A stretch of DNA of 29,927 nt from a virus (taxonomy: Duplodnaviria; Caudoviricetes), in IMG/VR virus record IMGVR_UViG_3300042569_000095, positions 1-29,927 of that record; one strand, given 5' to 3'. The translations under genes and the position numbers were made by a program. The notes under the pieces are model-generated. The model was not told the DNA's origin. It worked only from the letters and a program-made list of their open reading frames with translations, and did not search any database. Below are positions 23,980-29,927 of the stretch, piece after piece; within the stretch, counting starts at the first letter, position 1; every line of letters begins with the position of its first letter.

Positions 23980-25111
23980 AATCTACGAACTCGAAAAGAG
24001 GGTTAAGATAATTCAGGGAGGTACTTCAGCAGGTAAGACGTTTGGAATCTTGCCTGTGCTGATAGATAAGTGCGCTCGTGAAAAAGGATTAGAAGTTTCC
24101 GTAGTTGCTGAGACTATCCCACATTTAAGAAGAGGTGCGCTCAAAGACTTTCTGAAGATTATGAGGTGGACTGGTAGGTTTGTTGAGGATAGGTTTAACG
24201 CAACCCTATTAAGATACGAATTTGCCAACGGAAGTACGATGGAGTTCTTCTCTGCTGATAACGCATCTAAACTTAGAGGAGCAAGAAGGGATGTCCTGTA
24301 CATAAACGAATGTAACAACGTCACCTTTGACGCTTACCTTGAGTTATCCATACGTACCAAGAAAGAGATTTACCTTGACTTCAACCCTGCAAATGAGTTT
24401 TGGGTACACACCGAACTAAAAGACGAACCTGACGCAGATTTTATTATTCTTACCTACAAAGATAACGAGGCACTTGATGAGAGTATAGTACGTCAGATAG
24501 AAAAGAACCGAGACAAAGCAGCTACGTCTAACTATTGGGCAAATTGGTGGAGGGTTTACGGACTCGGTGAGGTCGGAATGCTTGAAGGTGTAGTGTTTGA
24601 CAATTGGAAAGAGATTGACAAGCTACCTGATGACGCACGACTTATAGGGATAGGGCTTGACTTTGGTTACACGAATGACCCTACCGCAGCTATTGAGGTG
24701 TATAATTGGAATGGAGTTCGAATAGTAAACGAACTTGTTTACCGCACAGGAATGCTAAACTCTGACATCGCAAAGGTACTTCCGTCAAGCGTTACTATCT
24801 ACGCTGATTCCTCAGAGCCTAAATCAATAGACGAAATAAGACGCTACGGAAAGACGATAAAAGGCGTTACAAAAGGTAAGGACTCGATTAAGTACGGAAT
24901 TGATGTGATGCAACGTCAGCAGTATTTAGTCACAAAGCAAAGCACAAATCTAATCAAAGAGCTGAGAAGCTATTGTTGGGATGTAGATAAACACGGAGTA
25001 AGGCTAAATAACCCTGCAGGAGGCAATGACCACGCTATAGATGCACTTAGATACCACGAGATGGAGAATCTCGGCTTAAATTCAAACTATGGACAATACG
25101 CAATCCGATGA
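23951..25111 (+). CDS. terL: Terminase large subunit (PBSX/SPP1-like)
   Basis: QGGTSAGKT, YINE, DFNP, GLDFGY..DP and DHAIDALRY. Confidence 0.95.
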   Translation: MFQVTTAIRKIYELEKRVKIIQGGTSAGKTFGILPVLIDKCAREKGLEVSVVAETIPHLRRGALKDFLKIMRWTGRFVEDRFNATLLRYEFANGSTMEFFSADNASKLRGARRDVLYINECNNVTFDAYLELSIRTKKEIYLDFNPANEFWVHTELKDEPDADFIILTYKDNEALDESIVRQIEKNRDKAATSNYWANWWRVYGLGEVGMLEGVVFDNWKEIDKLPDDARLIGIGLDFGYTNDPTAAIEVYNWNGVRIVNELVYRTGMLNSDIAKVLPSSVTIYADSSEPKSIDEIRRYGKTIKGVTKGKDSIKYGIDVMQRQQYLVTKQSTNLIKELRSYCWDVDKHGVRLNNPAGGNDHAIDALRYHEMENLGLNSNYGQYAIR

Positions 25112-25271
25112 ATTGCCACGCATGAAGGCAATTGTAGAGGAATACATCTACAAACGAACTGGTAGAAAAGTACATATTGTCTTTGACGATGTGTTCAGTA
25201 TGCGTAAACACGCTCAAATGTTAGCACAAGCGTACTCGTATGTCCTTGCTCAAGAATACAAAAACGATTAA
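25089..25271 (+). CDS. Hypothetical protein
   Basis: ORF track; fills the gap after terL. Confidence 0.65.
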   Translation: MDNTQSDELPRMKAIVEEYIYKRTGRKVHIVFDDVFSMRKHAQMLAQAYSYVLAQEYKND

Positions 25272-25286
25272 AAGACTTATAACATT

Positions 25287-26042
25287 ATGGAAATCCAAGT
25301 AAAAGTACCTACATCACTCAACGAAATCCCACTTAAACACTATGTGGACTTCTTAAACGTGCAGAAAGGTTCTAACGATGAAGAGTTTATAGCTCAAAAA
25401 ATGATTGAGATTTTCTGCGGCATCCGATTAGCGGACGTTGCAAAGATTAAACTCACCTCGCTTAACGAAATGGTGGCACACTTTGCTCAGTTATTCTCGG
25501 CAAAGCCTGAATTTCAGCAGACGTTTAAAATCGGAGAGGTTGAGTTTGGTTTTATTCCGAATTTAGAAGAAATCACATTTGGTGAGTATGTAGATTTGGA
25601 GAACCATTTGCAGAGTTGGGATACCTACAACAAAGCTATGGCGGTTATGTACCGACCTATCAAAACACGAATCAAAGACAAGTACGAAATCCACGACTAC
25701 ACACCAAGTAAAGACCATCAAGAGCTGATGCAGTTCGCTCCATTAGACGTGTGCATAGCAGCATCGGTTTTTTTTTACAATTTAGGAAGCGAGTTACTGA
25801 GGGCTACCCTGAACTATTTGGAGAAGAACTTGAAGAAGGACAAGAACCTGTCAGCGACTTTAGTGAAACAACTCAATTTGCCAAGCGATGGGGATGGTAT
25901 CAGTCTATATATGGACTCGCTAAGGGAGACGTTACTAAGTTCGATGAAATTACCAAACTTAGACTTACTAAATGTCTCACCTATCTCACCTTCGAGAAGC
26001 AAAAAAACGAAATCGAACATAGACAACTCCAAAGACAAATGA
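25287..26042 (+). CDS. Tail assembly chaperone-like protein, 0-frame product
   Basis: 251 aa; contains the T9 slippery run at 25768-25776. Confidence 0.65.
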   Translation: MEIQVKVPTSLNEIPLKHYVDFLNVQKGSNDEEFIAQKMIEIFCGIRLADVAKIKLTSLNEMVAHFAQLFSAKPEFQQTFKIGEVEFGFIPNLEEITFGEYVDLENHLQSWDTYNKAMAVMYRPIKTRIKDKYEIHDYTPSKDHQELMQFAPLDVCIAASVFFYNLGSELLRATLNYLEKNLKKDKNLSATLVKQLNLPSDGDGISLYMDSLRETLLSSMKLPNLDLLNVSPISPSRSKKTKSNIDNSKDK

Positions 26043-26050
26043 GACGATGA
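25775..26050 (+). CDS. -1 frameshift extension of the chaperone (GT-like C-terminus)
   Basis: Open -1 frame LQFRKRV...KRWGWYQSIYGLAKGD...; no good independent start; its stop overlaps the next ATG. Confidence 0.7.
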   Translation, partial: LQFRKRVTEGYPELFGEELEEGQEPVSDFSETTQFAKRWGWYQSIYGLAKGDVTKFDEITKLRLTKCLTYLTFEKQKNEIEHRQLQRQMRR

Positions 26051-26502
26051 AAGGATTTTACACTATAACACAAGCTCTACAAACTCACTTCAATGCTGAT
26101 GCACTGGTGAACACCGTAACCGAAGGAGACATCTTTGAGGTGGATTTAAACAAGCAGACTATCTTTCCGCTTGTACACGTTATGATTAACAACGCATCGT
26201 TTGAAACCAATGTGGTAAGATTCAATGTTAGCCTGATTGCAATGGACATCGTCAACATAAGTAAAGAGGCAACTACTGACGGATTCAGGGGAAACACGAA
26301 CGAGCAAGACGTACTCAACACTCAATTAGAAATCCTAAACCGAGCTTATGCACAAATGCTACACGGCAATATGTGGGATTCACAAGTTGTAGTAGACGGA
26401 AATCCTAACTGCGAACCATTTGTTGAGAGATTTGAGAACAACCTTGCAGGATGGACAATGACATTTGATGTTTTAATCCCTAATGAGGTAACAATCTGCT
26501 GA
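26047..26502 (+). CDS. Tail terminator-like protein
   Basis: 151 aa; FPLVHV and EPFVERFENNLAGW pattern; position. Confidence 0.6.
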   Translation: MKGFYTITQALQTHFNADALVNTVTEGDIFEVDLNKQTIFPLVHVMINNASFETNVVRFNVSLIAMDIVNISKEATTDGFRGNTNEQDVLNTQLEILNRAYAQMLHGNMWDSQVVVDGNPNCEPFVERFENNLAGWTMTFDVLIPNEVTIC

Positions 26503-27038
26503 TGGAACAAAGCGAGGTAAAGAAATCTTTAGAGCGTTTCCGTAACCACGTTATTAGCGTATCTAAACGCAACTTAACAAACCAACGAAAGAACGTATCC
26601 AAGAGCTTATATAACTCGATTAAAGGGGATGTAAAGGCTATGCCTAACTCTATCTCGCTTCAGTTCTACATGGAAGATTACGGAGCGTATCAAGACTTGG
26701 GTGTTAAGGGTAAAAAAAGTTCATCGAAAGCACCTAACTCTCCGTTTAAATTTGGTTCGGGTACAGGTCGACAAGGAGGACTACGAAAAGGAATCTTTGA
26801 CTGGGTTAAAAAAAGACGGATTCAATTCAAGGATAGAAAATCAGGAAGGTTTTTAAGCTATGAATCTACTGCGTTTCTAATCACACGAGGAATCTACAAC
26901 AAAGGAATGAAACCGAGTATGTTTTTTACTAAACCATTTGAGGCAGCTTACAAGAATCTACCTAACGAACTTGTACAATCATTTGGCTTGGATGCAGAAA
27001 AACTATTTAACCAACAAATTGATAATATACTGAAATAA
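26502..27038 (+). CDS. Basic neck/tail-completion protein (HK97 gp10-like)
   Basis: SLYNSI, YG.YQD.G and GMKPSMFFTKPF. Confidence 0.6.
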   Translation: MEQSEVKKSLERFRNHVISVSKRNLTNQRKNVSKSLYNSIKGDVKAMPNSISLQFYMEDYGAYQDLGVKGKKSSSKAPNSPFKFGSGTGRQGGLRKGIFDWVKKRRIQFKDRKSGRFLSYESTAFLITRGIYNKGMKPSMFFTKPFEAAYKNLPNELVQSFGLDAEKLFNQQIDNILK

Positions 27039-28084
27039 TGGCAACAATTAACGCACGCAATCCGTACGTAGTTACGATAAACGAAACAGGGCAGATTGAG
27101 ACAAAGCTGCAAATCTTCCTTTGGAATGGCACAGGTTCAATGCCTGCTTCACCTTCTTACACATTAAGCAAGAAGATACCTTCGTCAAACAATCCTGCGA
27201 CTTACTATGATGTTTCACCTTACATCAGAGAATATATAGACCATAATACGCTGCAATCTCCAAGCTCAGTTGCTGCAACACCTACTTCTCAATGGTGCAA
27301 CGTAGGCTTAAAGCTATTTAAGAAAGTTAGTACGTCTTTTGTTCAGGTTGGTTCTACGCAAACTCATTTTGGTGTTGACGGATACGGCTACTATGAGGAA
27401 GGCTACAACCCTGCGCTAGGAAACTATTTACTTAGTCAAGGAACTTACACCTATAATTACAATTTAAGCGGTGAGTACGGATGGATAACGCTTTACACAG
27501 GTAGCGGTAATTCGGTGAAATACACTAACCTATCAACAGGCGCAACTCAAACTGTATCGCTTACAAATAACGTATGGAGAGATGTGCCGAGAGTATACTC
27601 AAGCTATGGTGCGGTAGGAAACAAATTAGAAATAATTGACGGCAGTTCTGCGGTATTATTTACGGCAACTTTCGTACCTAAAGAGGAATGTAAGTATACT
27701 CCAGTTCAAGTTGACTTTGTCAATAAGTTTGGTGCTTGGCAGCGAGAATGGTTTTTTAAAGCAAGTTTCGATAGTTTAGCGATTGAAAACACGGAGTATA
27801 ATTTAATGCAACCAACATACCCTAACTACTCGCAGTATGAAGGGCAAAGAGCAGTATTTAATGCCAACGGAAAGAAGATGATTCGTGTTAATACGGATTG
27901 GGTAAGCGAAAGTTACAAGGAAGTTATCAGGCAGTTGATGTTGTCTGAGAAAATTCTCATAGATGAAAAGCCTGCAAAGCTAAACACCAAAAACACGGAG
28001 CTATTCAAGAGCATCAACACGCACATGATTAACTACCAACTTGAGTTTGAATTTGCTTACGATGTTATCAATTCAGTAGTATGA
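27038..28084 (+). CDS. Tail/baseplate structural protein
   Basis: 348 aa beta-rich; FVNKFGAWQ and LMLSEKI; between the neck and tail-tip genes. Confidence 0.6.
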   Translation: MATINARNPYVVTINETGQIETKLQIFLWNGTGSMPASPSYTLSKKIPSSNNPATYYDVSPYIREYIDHNTLQSPSSVAATPTSQWCNVGLKLFKKVSTSFVQVGSTQTHFGVDGYGYYEEGYNPALGNYLLSQGTYTYNYNLSGEYGWITLYTGSGNSVKYTNLSTGATQTVSLTNNVWRDVPRVYSSYGAVGNKLEIIDGSSAVLFTATFVPKEECKYTPVQVDFVNKFGAWQREWFFKASFDSLAIENTEYNLMQPTYPNYSQYEGQRAVFNANGKKMIRVNTDWVSESYKEVIRQLMLSEKILIDEKPAKLNTKNTELFKSINTHMINYQLEFEFAYDVINSVV

Positions 28085-29927
28085 TGAGAAAGGCGCAACT
28101 CTACATAGAAGGCAACCGCATTGAGTTATTCAATGACGAACAAATACAGGTAACAAGTTCTATCCAAAACGTTCAGGATATTTCAAAGACCTTTACGGAT
28201 TTTTCGCAAGGCTTCACCGTGCCTGCATCGGATGTTAACAACGCATTTTTTCAGCATTGGTATAATTCTGACATTGATTTTTCAACGGATAACAACCTAC
28301 GAAAAGACGCATACATAGAAATCAACCTAACAACCTTTCGTAAGGGCAAAGTACAATTAGACGGAGCAACGCTGACAAACGGAAAGCCGAGTTCTTACAA
28401 GCTCACTTTCTACGGAGAAGGTGTAACGCTTAAAGATACCTTCGGTGAGGATTTACTTTCGGATTTAGATTACTCAGATTACGCTTACGAGTTTACTTCT
28501 GCTGAAGTTTTAGCACGAATCCAAGACGGAAATAATACCTACAATGTAAAGTACCCGCTAATCACTTCTTATCGCATTTGGGAGTATCAATCGCTATCAG
28601 TAGACCCACCAACGCCGAACACGTCAACGGGAACTTCTACGAATAACGACATACATACAAATTCAGGAGCGATAAATAAAAACGAACTATTCCCAGCACT
28701 GCGAGTTTCTAAGATATTTGATTTGATTGCTAATAAATATGGGATAACTTTTCAGGGTTCGTTCTTGCAAGACCAACGTTTTACCGATTTGTTTTTGTGG
28801 TATAAAAGTAAAGAGGTTTTAAATTTTTTAACTGCGGCAACTGATTTAGATTTTACTGCTAAAAGTTCAGTACCAATAACGTCAACACCAAACTATGCAG
28901 AGGTAGCAGCGTATCTTACAAACGCAGTTGATTTAACAACCAATACTATCCACGTAGAAAATACAATCGTTGATATTTTTACGCATTTTATTACTTTAAA
29001 TGTTACCACGTTAAGCGCAGGAGTTACTGCTTATGTTGATGTATACCAAAATGGAAACTTTTATCAAACAGTTATAATAACTGCAACAGGTATTCAGCAA
29101 CCTATTGAGATAGCAAATGCGATAGGTTTAGATAACTTAATGACATTTGAGATTAGGGCAAATAATTCAGCGAGTGTTGCCATGTCAATTGACTACCAAG
29201 TTTCAGGTGTAGTTGAGGATTCTTTTGGAGTACCTGTAAGTTTTTCAAATAAAATCACAATAAGTGTTGCGAGTTTAACATTGATTGCTAACATTGACTT
29301 ATCTACTTTAGCTCCTGTAATGAAGGTAGCTGATTTCTTTTCAGGAATCTTGAAGGTTTTTAACATGACGGTCTACTCAATCACGGACGGGGAATATTTT
29401 GTTGAGCCATTAGATGACTGGTATTCGAAAGGCGCAGTTGTAGACGTTAGTGAGTATGTAGACGTAACTACGATTGAACACGCAAGGATGCCGCTATACA
29501 AAAAAATAGCGTTTAAATACCAAGATTCTGAATGCGTATTAAACAAATATTTTGCTCAGACATTTAGCAAGGCTTACGGAGACACGAGTTATCAATACAA
29601 TTATGACGGAGGCGAGTTTACAATTGAGCTGCCTTTTGAGAATTTGTTGCAGCAGAAATTTAACGGAACGCAGGTGCTTCAAGTTGGTTACTCTTTAAAC
29701 TCGGAATTTGCGCCATACATACCAAAGCCTGTTCTTTTGTATCAGTACCGAAATCAGGTCTCAGACTTTAAATGGGCAAATGATGGAGGAGGACATACAA
29801 CGGTAAACGACTACACGCCATTTGGTCAAGACTTGAAGTATAATGGAACGGATTATACTTTGAACTTTGCTCCTGAAACAAGTACGATACTTGATTATCC
29901 TATACAAAACACGCTATTTGCTAATTA
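28081..29927 (+). CDS. Large tail-tip protein, N-terminal part (runs off the end and continues at 1-710)
   Basis: Missing from the track because it has no stop in the window. MMRKAQLYIEGNRIELFNDEQIQVTSSIQNVQDISKTFTDFSQGFTVPAS; in frame with ORF 48-710. Confidence 0.85.
   Translation, partial: MMRKAQLYIEGNRIELFNDEQIQVTSSIQNVQDISKTFTDFSQGFTVPASDVNNAFFQHWYNSDIDFSTDNNLRKDAYIEINLTTFRKGKVQLDGATLTNGKPSSYKLTFYGEGVTLKDTFGEDLLSDLDYSDYAYEFTSAEVLARIQDGNNTYNVKYPLITSYRIWEYQSLSVDPPTPNTSTGTSTNNDIHTNSGAINKNELFPALRVSKIFDLIANKYGITFQGSFLQDQRFTDLFLWYKSKEVLNFLTAATDLDFTAKSSVPITSTPNYAEVAAYLTNAVDLTTNTIHVENTIVDIFTHFITLNVTTLSAGVTAYVDVYQNGNFYQTVIITATGIQQPIEIANAIGLDNLMTFEIRANNSASVAMSIDYQVSGVVEDSFGVPVSFSNKITISVASLTLIANIDLSTLAPVMKVADFFSGILKVFNMTVYSITDGEYFVEPLDDWYSKGAVVDVSEYVDVTTIEHARMPLYKKIAFKYQDSECVLNKYFAQTFSKAYGDTSYQYNYDGGEFTIELPFENLLQQKFNGTQVLQVGYSLNSEFAPYIPKPVLLYQYRNQVSDFKWANDGGGHTTVNDYTPFGQDLKYNGTDYTLNFAPETSTILDYPIQNTLFAN
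29690..29927. repeat. Terminal direct repeat, right copy
   Basis: Matches 1-238. Confidence 0.97.

Noticed and set aside
1-29927. Stop-codon reassignment, tRNA genes or a lysogeny module
   Set aside because: Standard-code ORFs tile the genome with all three stops in use. I found no cloverleaf, integrase or divergent repressor by eye; tRNAscan would be needed to exclude tRNAs formally.

Overview
The window is an apparently complete, circularly permuted ~29.7 kb tailed (siphovirus-like) phage genome. Positions 1-238 recur at 29690-29927, giving a unit length of 29,689 bp. All credible genes are on the + strand, and I see no integrase, repressor cassette, tRNA or CRISPR array. TAnnTTTG promoter boxes and A-rich start contexts without Shine-Dalgarno sequences point to a Bacteroidota (probably Flavobacteriia) host. 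Modules: tail tip and tape measure; head (XkdF-type protease, scaffold, capsid, tail tube, portal, adaptor); lysis (holin, M15 endolysin, spanin-like lipoprotein); early and replication genes (DnaA-C-like HTH, initiator with internal iterons, DnaB-like helicase, PP-loop/PAPS-reductase-like protein, NinG, Erf, YqaJ); an array of small ORFs; a phage ECF-like sigma factor; terminases; and a tail chaperone with a -1 frameshift. The most interesting signals are non-coding. (1) Two terminator-anchored RNAs carry TTCATAGCGT, the exact antisense of the ACGCTATGAA start-codon context of the first genes behind two early promoters, a candidate phage-encoded antisense sRNA regulon. (2) A kissing-loop/terminator leader precedes the replication operon. 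(3) An array of mini-genes is joined by a conserved AACAAGAACAATGAAA junction. (4) A fixed-spacing late-promoter motif implies near-leaderless late mRNAs. Gene calls come from motif recognition only; no database searches were run.
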